From NCBI GenBank assembly GCA_965662235.1, contig CBFIGY010000001.1:256942-320941 (forward strand): a stretch of DNA of 64,000 nucleotides, given 5' to 3'. A program made the translations under genes and the position numbers. Source of the DNA: an uncultured bacterium (GTDB lineage Bacteria; SAR324; NAC60-12). This document shows positions 51,000 to 60,041 of this stretch, piece by piece. Position 1 is the stretch's first letter. Every line of letters begins with the position of its first letter. The notes under the pieces are model-generated. The model saw only the letters and a list, made by a program, of their open reading frames with translations, was not told where the DNA came from and did not search any database.

Positions 51000-51916
51000 C
51001 GCCAGCCTCCTAAGTAAGGATCTTCTTTACCAGAGGGAGGCTGCCAGGCTTCCCTCAGTCCCCGGGCTTCCCAGACGGAGAAGACCGGTCCATCGGTGCA
51101 GGTGTAACGGTACCCGATGGCACAGTGGCCACACTTCCCAATGGCGCACTCCATCCGCCGTTCCAGACTGACGTAGATGTGCTCTGGAAAGACCTGCATC
51201 TCCCGGAGCCGATCCGTCACGTACCCGTACATCACAGGCGGTCCACAGATGGCAAATCGGGTCTTGGACTGCTCCAGCGGTAGGGTTGCCAGGAGGTCCA
51301 GCAGGTTGCCCTGAATGAGCGGCAGCCCCTGTGCCGATTCGTCTCGAGCAGGCAGGCGGTCGCAGGCCAAGTGCACCTGAACCCCTCCGGACTGGTTGAT
51401 CTGCTTGAGGACTTCTGGATAGAGCAGCTGTCCCACCGCCCGGGTGCCGTACAGCAGATGAACCTCTTCGCCGAAGCGCTCTCGGTAGAGATTGGCGTAC
51501 TCCAGCAGCGATCGAAGCGGGGCCATGCCCAAGCCTCCGGCCATCATCACTAGGCTGTTGCCATGAAGGTCGTCCAGCGGAAAGCCCCTTCCGTAGGGCC
51601 CCCGGAGTCCCACTCGGGCGCCTGGGGTGAGGTCAAACAGGGCTCGGGTGACACGACCCACGCGACGGATGGTCAGGTGCAGCTCGCGCTCCTCTGCTGG
51701 AAGAGCCGCCGAAACCGGGGCATGGCAGATGGAGATGGGCACCTCTCCCACGCCGATGACGGAGAGCATGACAAATTGGCCAGGACGGTGATTGGATCCA
51801 TCAGGCCCCGTTTCTCCTGGCTTGAGGCGGAAGCGGAACATCATGTGGTCCGGCAGGAGCTCCTCCTTGCCTACCAGCCACGCGGTGCTGGGCAGCATCG
51901 GATCACGGGCCGGCAT
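50996..51916 (-). CDS. sulfhydrogenase gamma subunit-like FAD/NAD(P)-binding oxidoreductase with 2Fe-2S motif
   Basis: PGQFVMLSVIGVGEVPISICHA (ferredoxin-NADP reductase-like) and C-terminal CAIGKCGHCAIG. Start trimmed to ATG 51916; the 372-aa track ORF runs into the upstream gene. Confidence 0.7.
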   Translation of the reverse strand: MPARDPMLPSTAWLVGKEELLPDHMMFRFRLKPGETGPDGSNHRPGQFVMLSVIGVGEVPISICHAPVSAALPAEERELHLTIRRVGRVTRALFDLTPGARVGLRGPYGRGFPLDDLHGNSLVMMAGGLGMAPLRSLLEYANLYRERFGEEVHLLYGTRAVGQLLYPEVLKQINQSGGVQVHLACDRLPARDESAQGLPLIQGNLLDLLATLPLEQSKTRFAICGPPVMYGYVTDRLREMQVFPEHIYVSLERRMECAIGKCGHCAIGYRYTCTDGPVFSVWEARGLREAWQPPSGKEDPYLGGWR

Positions 51917-51950
51917 GCGCTTCAAAGAGGGGGGGACGGATCGGGTGAGT

Positions 51951-52986
51951 TCAGCGTTCGCAGCTTCCACGGACTTTCGCAAAGACTTGGGTGATGTCAA
52001 TTCCAGCGGTGCAGGCATCCACGCAGCGGCCACACCCTGTGCAGGAGGGCATCCCGAACTGCTCGACGAAGCCCTGCTCCTTGTGATAGTAACGGTTGCT
52101 GACGCGCGCCGCACGATCCGGACGCATCAACTCATCTCCCGCAATGCGGGTGAAGTCTCGAAACAGGCACGAATCCCACCGCCGGACCCGCTCTCCGCTT
52201 TCTCCAGAGAGGTCGGTGCGGTCAAACACCGTGAAGCAGGTGCAGGTGGGGCAGACCATGCTGCAGGCGCCACAGGCAAAGCACGAGTCCCCGAGTTCCT
52301 TCCAAGCGGGGCTGTCTTCTTCAAAACGGAGCAGCTGAGGAAGGTCGCTGATGGGCAGGACGCGGTTGAACGAGTTCCGCCGGACCTCCAGCTTCTTCTG
52401 GTGCTCGACAATCTGACCGCGCTGAATGTGCTCAAACAGGTCCCGGTCCAGGTGGACCAGCGAGTGACCTGCCGGGGTCCGGACCATGGTTACAAAGCCG
52501 TCTTCGATTTCCCAGAGGAAGAGGTCATAGACGTCTTCAATGTGATCGGTTCCGGTGCTGGGGCAGAAGCACTTTTCGTCCGGCATGCAGCCCAACCCAA
52601 TGATCCGGGCGCCTTCTCTTCGGCGCTCGTAGTGGTAGTCACCGTAGCCGTCGGTGAAGAACTTGTCGGTCACCCGCAGCCCATGCAGCTCACAGGGGTG
52701 GGGGCCAAACAGAATGGGGGGCGCCTCTTCCAGAGGAGCTTCCTGGTAGCCGTCTTGTTCCGTGTAGGTAGAAAGCACCTCTTCAGCAGGGAAGAAGTAC
52801 TTCTTCAGCGGAAGTGCCGTCCTGAGGAACTCCAGCGCCACCTCCTCCGGACCCTGAAGGTCGGCATACTCGGTGTAGCGGTACTGTCCTTCTCCAGAGG
52901 CAGCAGGAACAACCAAGCGTCCCTCGGCGTGAAGGGCTTCCAGAAACGGAGCCAGGTTGGCTTTGGGGAGAAAAAGAATTTCCATT
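51951..52986 (-). CDS. sulfhydrogenase beta subunit-like iron-sulfur protein
   Basis: Two Cys clusters, CFACGACSMVCPTCTCF and CTGCGRCVDACTAGID. Start at ATG 52986; the ORF-track TTG is at 52994. Confidence 0.75.
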
Positions 52987-53157
52987 GGCGTCAATTCAAA
53001 GGTTCACACTCACAGGAGCACCATACCGGACGGGCGTCCACCGCAACATCGGTAGTTTCCCTAGGTATGTTTGCGGGTAACTCTAAACGCTTCCGGACGC
53101 TATGATCAAGGCAAGTGCACCGTTCTTATTAAAAAGCTAACTCATGGAGGGGGTTCT

Positions 53158-55743
53158 ATGGAAAAGCAAGTATGGCTCTTCACGGAAGGACGTCGAGACG
53201 ATCGCCTGTTGTTGGGAAACAAGGGCGCGAATTTATGTGAGATGACCTCAATTGGACTTCCGGTCCCGTTTGGATTCATCCTGACCACCCGAGTCTGTGC
53301 CGATTATGCCCGCTTGGGGCGATTGCCGGATGGGGTGATGGATGAGGTCTGGGAGGCCATGAAGGAGGTGGAGCAGAAGCACCACGCTCGCTTTGGCGAT
53401 GCCTCTCACCCACTTCTGGTTTCCGTTCGCTCCGGAGCCCCTGTCTCCATGCCCGGCATGATGGACACCGTCCTTAACCTGGGCCTCAATGAAACCACCG
53501 CCCGCCTCTGGGCAGAAACCTCTGGCAATCCCCGCTTCGTCTATGACGCCTACCGACGCTTCATTCAGATGTACGGAGACGTGGTCGAAGGCATGGGCGC
53601 TGAGCCCTTTGAAGAAGTCTTGGATGCCTACAAGAGCGACCGCGGGTTCAAGAGCGACCTGGACCTGAGCGCCGAAGACCTGCAGGCCATTGCTGCTCGG
53701 TATCGAGAAATCCTGACCCCTCCGGATGATCCACGGGAGCAGCTGGAACGCTCCATTGAGGCGGTCTTCCGTTCCTGGAACAACAACCGCGCCAAGCGTT
53801 ACCGTCGCATTCATGACATTCCGGAAAGCCTAGGGACTGGAGTGATTGTGCAGGCCATGGTTTATGGAAACCGTAGCCTCAATTCCGGAACGGGGGTCGC
53901 TTTCACCCGCAACCCGGCTACGGGGGAACGCCTCTTCTATGGCGAGTACCTCATGAACGCTGAGGGCGAGGACGTGGTGGCCGGCATCCGGACCCCGGAG
54001 CCCCTAGAGACCCTCAAGCGCGACCTTCCGGATCTTTACGCCCAGCTCTTCCGAATGCAGCAGACCCTGGAAATGCACTACCGGGACATGCAGGACCTGG
54101 AGTTTACCATTGAAGAGGGCAAGCTGTGGATGCTTCAGACCCGAACCGGAAAACGGACCCCTAAGGCGGCAGTCAAGATTGCCGTCGACATGGTGGAAGA
54201 AGGACTCATCAAGGAGCGGGAAGCCCTCAAGCGCATTAACCCCGACCAGATGGACTATTTCCTCCACCCCATGATTGACCCGAAGGCAGACCGTACCCTT
54301 CTGGCGAAGGGCCTTCCAGCCAGTCCCGGAGCTGCGACGGGTCGGGTGGTGTTCTCTGCAGATGACGCCGAAGCCTGGGCAAACCGAGGCGAGGAGGTCA
54401 TTCTGGTCCGCCGAGAAACGACTCCGGAAGACATCCACGGCATGAAGGCCGCCAAGGGCCTCCTGACCGCTCTCGGGGGCATGACCTCTCACGCGGCTGT
54501 GGTGGCCCGGGGGATGGGAAAGTGCTGCATTGCGGGGTGCGGGGACATCACGGTGGATGCGCAGGGAAAGCGCTTCACGACTGAAGGCGGCGCCTCCATT
54601 GCCGAGGGCGAAGTGATCACGCTTGATGGCACCACCGGCGAGGTGATGGCTGGAACCGTTGCCACCGTCAGTTCTCAATCGGACCCCGACTTCCAAACGG
54701 TGCTGGAATGGGCCGATCGCTACCGGCGGCTCCGTGTCCGGGCTAATGCGGAAACTCCGGAAGATGCCGCAAAGGCACGCGAACTGGGAGCTGAAGGCAT
54801 CGGACTCTGCCGGACGGAACACATGTTCTTTGACGCAGAGCGGATTGACGTTGTCCGGGCCATGATCCTAGCGGATACGACGGAGGAGCGTCAGCGGTCC
54901 TTGGATCGCCTCCGTGGGTTCCAGAAGTCCGACATGCGCCAGCTCTTCGAGATCATGTCCGGATTGCCGGTCACGATTCGGTTGCTGGACCCCCCGCTGC
55001 ACGAATTCTTACCGCAGACAGAAGAGGAACTGAACGCGCTGGCCGGACGTCTGAAGCTGGACCCAGCCACGGTGCAGAAGCGGGCGGAGGAGCTTAAGGA
55101 GGTCAACCCGATGCTGGGACTCCGTGGTTGCCGCCTTTCAGTGGCTCAGCCGGAAATCACCCGCATGCAGGTGGATGCAATTCTCTCCGGAGCCCTTGAG
55201 GCTCAGAAAGCCGGACACGAGGTGCATCCGGAGATCATGATTCCCCTTACGGTGGCCCGGAGCGAGCTGGACACAGTGACCCACTTGGTTCGGGAAACGG
55301 CGGAGCAGGTCTTTGAGCACGCGGGGGCGCGGATCGATTATCAGCTAGGGACGATGATGGAGACCCCCCGGGCCTGCCTGCGTGCTGAGATGTTTGCCGA
55401 GGTGGCTGAGTTCTTCAGCTTTGGCACCAATGACCTTACGCAGATGACCTACGGCTTCTCCCGGGATGACGTTGGGAAATTCCTCCCGGCGTACCTAGAA
55501 CAGAAGATTCTGGAAAATGACCCCTTCGCTGTCCTTGACCAGCGAGGTGTGGGCGCGTTGATCATGATGGCCATTGAGGCAGCCCGGAAGGTCAACCCGA
55601 CTCTGCACATGGGCATCTGTGGAGAACACGGGGGCGAGCCTCGGTCCATCCGCTTCTGTCATGAAATTGGCTTTGACTACGTCTCCTGCAGTCCATACCG
55701 CATTCCCATTGCGCGGATTGCTGCTGCTCAGGCCCTGCTCTGA
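53158..55743 (+). CDS. ppdK: pyruvate, phosphate dikinase
   Basis: GGGGSM...LLGNKGANLCEM (PEP-utilising N-terminus), the phospho-His region GGMTSHAAVVARGMGK and a C-terminal PEP-binding TIM barrel. ATG at 53158 with GGAGGGGG Shine-Dalgarno. Confidence 0.9.
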   Translation: MEKQVWLFTEGRRDDRLLLGNKGANLCEMTSIGLPVPFGFILTTRVCADYARLGRLPDGVMDEVWEAMKEVEQKHHARFGDASHPLLVSVRSGAPVSMPGMMDTVLNLGLNETTARLWAETSGNPRFVYDAYRRFIQMYGDVVEGMGAEPFEEVLDAYKSDRGFKSDLDLSAEDLQAIAARYREILTPPDDPREQLERSIEAVFRSWNNNRAKRYRRIHDIPESLGTGVIVQAMVYGNRSLNSGTGVAFTRNPATGERLFYGEYLMNAEGEDVVAGIRTPEPLETLKRDLPDLYAQLFRMQQTLEMHYRDMQDLEFTIEEGKLWMLQTRTGKRTPKAAVKIAVDMVEEGLIKEREALKRINPDQMDYFLHPMIDPKADRTLLAKGLPASPGAATGRVVFSADDAEAWANRGEEVILVRRETTPEDIHGMKAAKGLLTALGGMTSHAAVVARGMGKCCIAGCGDITVDAQGKRFTTEGGASIAEGEVITLDGTTGEVMAGTVATVSSQSDPDFQTVLEWADRYRRLRVRANAETPEDAAKARELGAEGIGLCRTEHMFFDAERIDVVRAMILADTTEERQRSLDRLRGFQKSDMRQLFEIMSGLPVTIRLLDPPLHEFLPQTEEELNALAGRLKLDPATVQKRAEELKEVNPMLGLRGCRLSVAQPEITRMQVDAILSGALEAQKAGHEVHPEIMIPLTVARSELDTVTHLVRETAEQVFEHAGARIDYQLGTMMETPRACLRAEMFAEVAEFFSFGTNDLTQMTYGFSRDDVGKFLPAYLEQKILENDPFAVLDQRGVGALIMMAIEAARKVNPTLHMGICGEHGGEPRSIRFCHEIGFDYVSCSPYRIPIARIAAAQALL

Positions 55744-55949
55744 GGGCATAACGACTTTCCCTCTTTCCTCTTGGCGGTAGCCTCCGGGTTGCCGCCGCTC
55801 TTCGCTTCAGGCTGATCTCAGCCAACCTTCCCCAGAGTTCCCGGGTTTCCGGACACATCATTGCTGGCACTTCCGGACTTTTCGCGGTAGCGTGAATTTC
55901 GACCTTTTTTTCACGGGGCGTTTGTCCCGACTTCATTTTGAGGAAATTC

Positions 55950-58016
55950 ATGATCATTGGTGTTGACGTCGGTGGAACCTTTACCGATGTGTTTTTTTTA
56001 GATGAGGCTCAGCAGACCATTCGTGTGGCCAAGGTTCCTTCCACGCCAGCAGATCAGTCGGTTGGCTTCCTCGAAGGCCTCCACGCGCATGCTCCTCAGC
56101 TGGGTCAGGTCAAAACGGTGGTGCATGGAACAACAGTGGGAACCAACGCGCTGCTCAGCCGAAATGGAGCGAAGACGGGCCTGCTCACAACACAGGGCTT
56201 CCGGGACGTTTTGGAGATGCGCCGCCGTGACCGTCCGCAGACGTGGGGCCTGTGGGGGCAGTATGAGCCGGTGGTGCCCCGCAACCTGCGCCTAGAGGTG
56301 CCGGAACGCGTTTTGGCAGATGGCACCCTCCACACGGAGGTGGACCTAGATGCAGTAGAAGCCCAGGTTCAGGCGTTGCAGGAGAAGGGCGTGGAGGCCG
56401 TCTCTGTGTTCTTCATCAACGCCTACGCCAATCCGGAAAACGAACGACGGGCTGTGGAGCGCGTCCGAGCGCTGTGGCCCAATGCTCACGTCAGTGCCAG
56501 CCACGAGATTCTTCCAGAGATCCGGGAGTTTGAACGCATCTCGACCACCACCTTGAACGCGTACCTGCAACCGAAGGTCAGCCGTTATCTGGAGAACCTC
56601 AACGAGGGCATGCGCTCCGAAGGGTTTGCCGGCGAGCTATTGATTGTGCAAAGCAATGGCGGGGTGATGAGCGTGGGGACCGCAGAGCAGTTTCCGGTCC
56701 GGACGGCACTGTCGGGTCCTGCTGCGGGGGTGATTGCCAGTGCATACATTGGGGCTGAAGCGGGTTTTCCTAATGTGATCAGTTGCGACATGGGCGGCAC
56801 CAGCTTCGATGTTTCCTTGGTGAATGGCGGAGAAAGCGCCCTGGCGGCACAGACGTCCATTGGCTTCGGCATGGTCGTCCGGACTCCGATGATCCAGATC
56901 ACAACCATTGGCGCCGGAGGCGGTTCCATCGCTCACGTCGACCGTGGAGGTCTTCTAGAGGTGGGACCTGAGTCGGCAGGATCCGACCCCGGACCCGTGT
57001 GTTACGGACTCGGCAACACGCGCCCCACGGTCACGGATGCCAACGTGGTGCTTGGACGCATCAACGCCGACCGTCCGATTGGCGGAAAGCTGGACCGCTT
57101 GGACGTTGAGGCCGCAAAAGCCGCCATCCAGGAACACGTTGCTGCGCCACTGGGGCTGGAGGTAATGGAGGCGGCTGAAGCCATCATCCGGGTGGCCAAC
57201 TCGAAGATGGCGGGCGCCATCCGTCTGGTGTCCATTGAACAGGGGCACAACCCACGGGAGTTTGCGGCCATGCCGTTTGGCGGCGGTGGCTCCTTGCACG
57301 TCTGTGCGATGATCCGGGAAGTGGGGCTGGCCAAGGCGCTGGTGCCGCGCTACCCGGGGGTGACCAGTGCTCTGGGCTGCGTGATTGCGGACATGCGCCA
57401 CGACCGGGTCCAGACCTTCAACACCCTGCTGAGTCAGCTGGATGAGGCGGCGCTGAAAGACGCCATGGACGCTTTTGCACAGGAGGGAATGCGGCTGCTG
57501 CAAGCGTCTGGAGTGGCCTTCGAGGGACAAGAGGTTCGCTTTGAATTGGACATGTCTTACCTCGGACAGACCCATACCGTTGAGGTTCCGATCGTCCAGC
57601 AAACCGTCCCAGAAGCGGGAACCGCGCTGAGCTTTGCGGTTTCGGCGTCTCACATTCAGGACGCATTTGAATCACGCTATCGCGAAATCTATGGACGGAC
57701 GCTGGAGAACCTGCCCATTCGGTTGCTGAACCTCCGGGGCGCCGTCATTGGCAAGCGTCCCAAGCTGGACCTGACCTTACTGGCGCCAGACGAGGGGGCG
57801 ACTCCAGAGGCTTGTCGCATCGGGGAACGCTCGGTGTGGGTGGAAGGGCGTTGGCAGACGGCGGTCCGTTACGAGCGCCTGCGCCTGCCCATTGGCACCC
57901 GGATTGTGGGGCCGGCTCTGTTTGAGCAGCCGGACACGACCATCTTCCTGGAACCTGACATGACAGCCGAGGTCGATCGTTTCGGTAACCTCATCATTCA
58001 TCCAGAGGCATCATGA
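55950..58016 (+). CDS. hydantoinase/oxoprolinase family protein, A subunit (HyuA-like)
   Basis: MIIGVDVGGTFTDV N-terminus and the ASKHA fold pattern. ~688 aa. ATG at 55950 with AGGAAA upstream. Confidence 0.85.
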   Translation: MIIGVDVGGTFTDVFFLDEAQQTIRVAKVPSTPADQSVGFLEGLHAHAPQLGQVKTVVHGTTVGTNALLSRNGAKTGLLTTQGFRDVLEMRRRDRPQTWGLWGQYEPVVPRNLRLEVPERVLADGTLHTEVDLDAVEAQVQALQEKGVEAVSVFFINAYANPENERRAVERVRALWPNAHVSASHEILPEIREFERISTTTLNAYLQPKVSRYLENLNEGMRSEGFAGELLIVQSNGGVMSVGTAEQFPVRTALSGPAAGVIASAYIGAEAGFPNVISCDMGGTSFDVSLVNGGESALAAQTSIGFGMVVRTPMIQITTIGAGGGSIAHVDRGGLLEVGPESAGSDPGPVCYGLGNTRPTVTDANVVLGRINADRPIGGKLDRLDVEAAKAAIQEHVAAPLGLEVMEAAEAIIRVANSKMAGAIRLVSIEQGHNPREFAAMPFGGGGSLHVCAMIREVGLAKALVPRYPGVTSALGCVIADMRHDRVQTFNTLLSQLDEAALKDAMDAFAQEGMRLLQASGVAFEGQEVRFELDMSYLGQTHTVEVPIVQQTVPEAGTALSFAVSASHIQDAFESRYREIYGRTLENLPIRLLNLRGAVIGKRPKLDLTLLAPDEGATPEACRIGERSVWVEGRWQTAVRYERLRLPIGTRIVGPALFEQPDTTIFLEPDMTAEVDRFGNLIIHPEAS

Positions 58017-58633
58017 AGCTGACCCTTTCACAAGAACGTCCTGAAACACTGGCGTTGGTGCTGGTGGACCTGCAGAACGACTTCATTCACCCGGAGGGCG
58101 CCTATGGCCGAGCGGGCCAGAAAGCCGAGGCCATTGCCGCACTTCCGGAGCGCTTGCAGCCGCTGCTGGAGGCGGTCCGCCGCAAAGGAGGTTGGATCGT
58201 TTCCACGCACTTTACTCTGGTTCCGGGAAAAGGTGGGGAGCCCTTTATTTTGGATCACCTCAAACAGCTGCGGCCTTTTTTGGGAAAAGGAGATTTTGCT
58301 CCGGGCTCATGGGGACAGCAGCTGGTGGACGAACTGCAGCCTGCTGACCTGAGCGTGGAGAAGGTGGCCTACAACGCCTTTTACATGAGCCGCTTGGAGT
58401 GGGTGCTGCGAAGGGCAGGAGTCGAAGCCTTGCTGTTTGCTGGAATTGTCACGAACGGAGGAGTGTCTTCCACTGTCCGCGAGGCGCATGTCCGGGACTT
58501 CCGGACCGCGGTCCTCAGTGATGGATGCGGGGCCTTCTCTGAAGCCACCCACGAGGCGTCCATCCAGGACCTTTCCACCATCTCCACCATCATGACCTGT
58601 GCTGAAGCCACTCAGGTGCTGGAGGCCGCATGA
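58013..58633 (+). CDS. isochorismatase-family hydrolase
   Basis: LALVLVDLQNDF (catalytic Asp region). ATGA-coupled to hyuA and to the downstream gene. The usual nucleophile Cys position reads GIVTNGGVSST, with no Cys (alignment by eye). Confidence 0.75.
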   Translation: MKLTLSQERPETLALVLVDLQNDFIHPEGAYGRAGQKAEAIAALPERLQPLLEAVRRKGGWIVSTHFTLVPGKGGEPFILDHLKQLRPFLGKGDFAPGSWGQQLVDELQPADLSVEKVAYNAFYMSRLEWVLRRAGVEALLFAGIVTNGGVSSTVREAHVRDFRTAVLSDGCGAFSEATHEASIQDLSTISTIMTCAEATQVLEAA

Positions 58634-60033
58634 GTGTGCTTTCGGCAGAAGGGGTGACCTTTGAGGTGTACGTGCCGGTGCTGGTAGTGGGAGCCGGGGC
58701 CTGTGGGCTGACGGCTGCCTTGGCCGCTGCCGAGCAGGGAGTGGAGGTGCTGGTGCTGGAACGCGATCCCAAGCCCAGTGGCTCCACATCCCTCTCTTCG
58801 GGACTCATTCCTGCGGCGGGAACCCGCTGGCAGCAGAAGCTCAGCGTCCGCGACTCTCCGGAGCAGTTTGCCGCGGACATTCAGCACAAAGCCAAGGGGC
58901 AAGCGGAAGCCGACTTGGTCGCTCGCATGACCACCCAAGCGGGTCCGACCCTGGAGTGGCTGGCAGATTCGCATGGGCTCGAGTTTGAGCTGCTCCAGGG
59001 ATTTCTGTATCCCGGACACACCGTGCTGCGCATGCATGCCGTTCCGGAGCACACGGGCACGGCTTTGCTCCAGCGCCTGCTGGCGGCAACCCGTCCTCAC
59101 TCCATTGATGTTCTTACGGAAGCAACCGTTGCGGACCTGTTTGTGGATGATCAGCAGCGGATCCGAGGAGTCCGGGTGGTGCGTCCAGATGGTTCCACAG
59201 AAACCGTTGGTTGCGCGGCGCTGGTGCTGGCCTGCAATGGTTATGGCGGCAACCCGGAACTGCTCCGGCGATTCATTCCGGAACTCGCTGGGATGGAGTA
59301 CTTTGGGCACACCGGCAACCAGGGAGACGCGGTGCTGTGGGGTGAGTCTTTAGGAGCAGAGCTTCAGGACATGGGGGCTTTTCAAGGGCATGGCTCGGTG
59401 GCTCATCCGCACGGGGTGCTGATCACCTGGGCGTTGATGATGGAGGGCGGCATTCAGGTCAACCTGAACGGAGAGCGGTTTTCTAATGAACACCAGGGCT
59501 ACTCGGAGCAGTCTGTTTCGGTGTGGGCACAACCCGAACACCTTGCCTGGAACCTCTACGATGAGCGCCTCCACCAACTGGGACGGGAGTTTGATGATTA
59601 CCGTAATGCCGAATCAATGGGGGCCATCCTGCAGGCTGCTGACGAAGCGGAGCTGGCTCGGGTGACCGGGCTTCCGGAAGCGACTCTGCGGCAAACCCTG
59701 GAAGACACCCGGCGTTTTCAGGCACAGGCCGCGACCGATCCGTTTGGCCGGAATTTCTCTGAGAAGCCGGGACTGCAGCCGCCTTATTATGCAGTGAAGG
59801 TGACCTGTGCCCTCTTCCACACGCAGGGGGGACTTCGTGTTGATGAAGAAGCCCGGGTGATGCGGGCAGATGGCTCAGGCCTGCCCAATCTGTTTGCTGG
59901 CGGTGGGGCCGCCCAAGGGGTGTCGGGACCTGCGGTGTGGGGGTACTTGTCCGGAAACGGGTTGCTGACGGCGGTGACCCTAGGGCGTCTAGCAGGCACA
60001 GCCGCCGCTCAGGTTGCGCACGCCGCCGCTTAG
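58630..60033 (+). CDS. FAD-dependent oxidoreductase (fumarate reductase/succinate dehydrogenase flavoprotein-like; TcuA/KstD-like)
   Basis: VLVVGAGACGLTAALAAAEQGVEVLVLER dinucleotide-binding motif and C-terminal FAGGGAAQGVSG. Confidence 0.7.
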   Translation: MSVLSAEGVTFEVYVPVLVVGAGACGLTAALAAAEQGVEVLVLERDPKPSGSTSLSSGLIPAAGTRWQQKLSVRDSPEQFAADIQHKAKGQAEADLVARMTTQAGPTLEWLADSHGLEFELLQGFLYPGHTVLRMHAVPEHTGTALLQRLLAATRPHSIDVLTEATVADLFVDDQQRIRGVRVVRPDGSTETVGCAALVLACNGYGGNPELLRRFIPELAGMEYFGHTGNQGDAVLWGESLGAELQDMGAFQGHGSVAHPHGVLITWALMMEGGIQVNLNGERFSNEHQGYSEQSVSVWAQPEHLAWNLYDERLHQLGREFDDYRNAESMGAILQAADEAELARVTGLPEATLRQTLEDTRRFQAQAATDPFGRNFSEKPGLQPPYYAVKVTCALFHTQGGLRVDEEARVMRADGSGLPNLFAGGGAAQGVSGPAVWGYLSGNGLLTAVTLGRLAGTAAAQVAHAAA

Positions 60034-60041
60034 CCAATGAG

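Noticed and set aside
50996-52114. 372-aa version of the hydrogenase gamma subunit ORF
   Set aside because: It would overlap the beta subunit gene by >160 nt. Trimmed to the ATG at 51916, which leaves ~24 residues before the conserved FRFRL start of the family.
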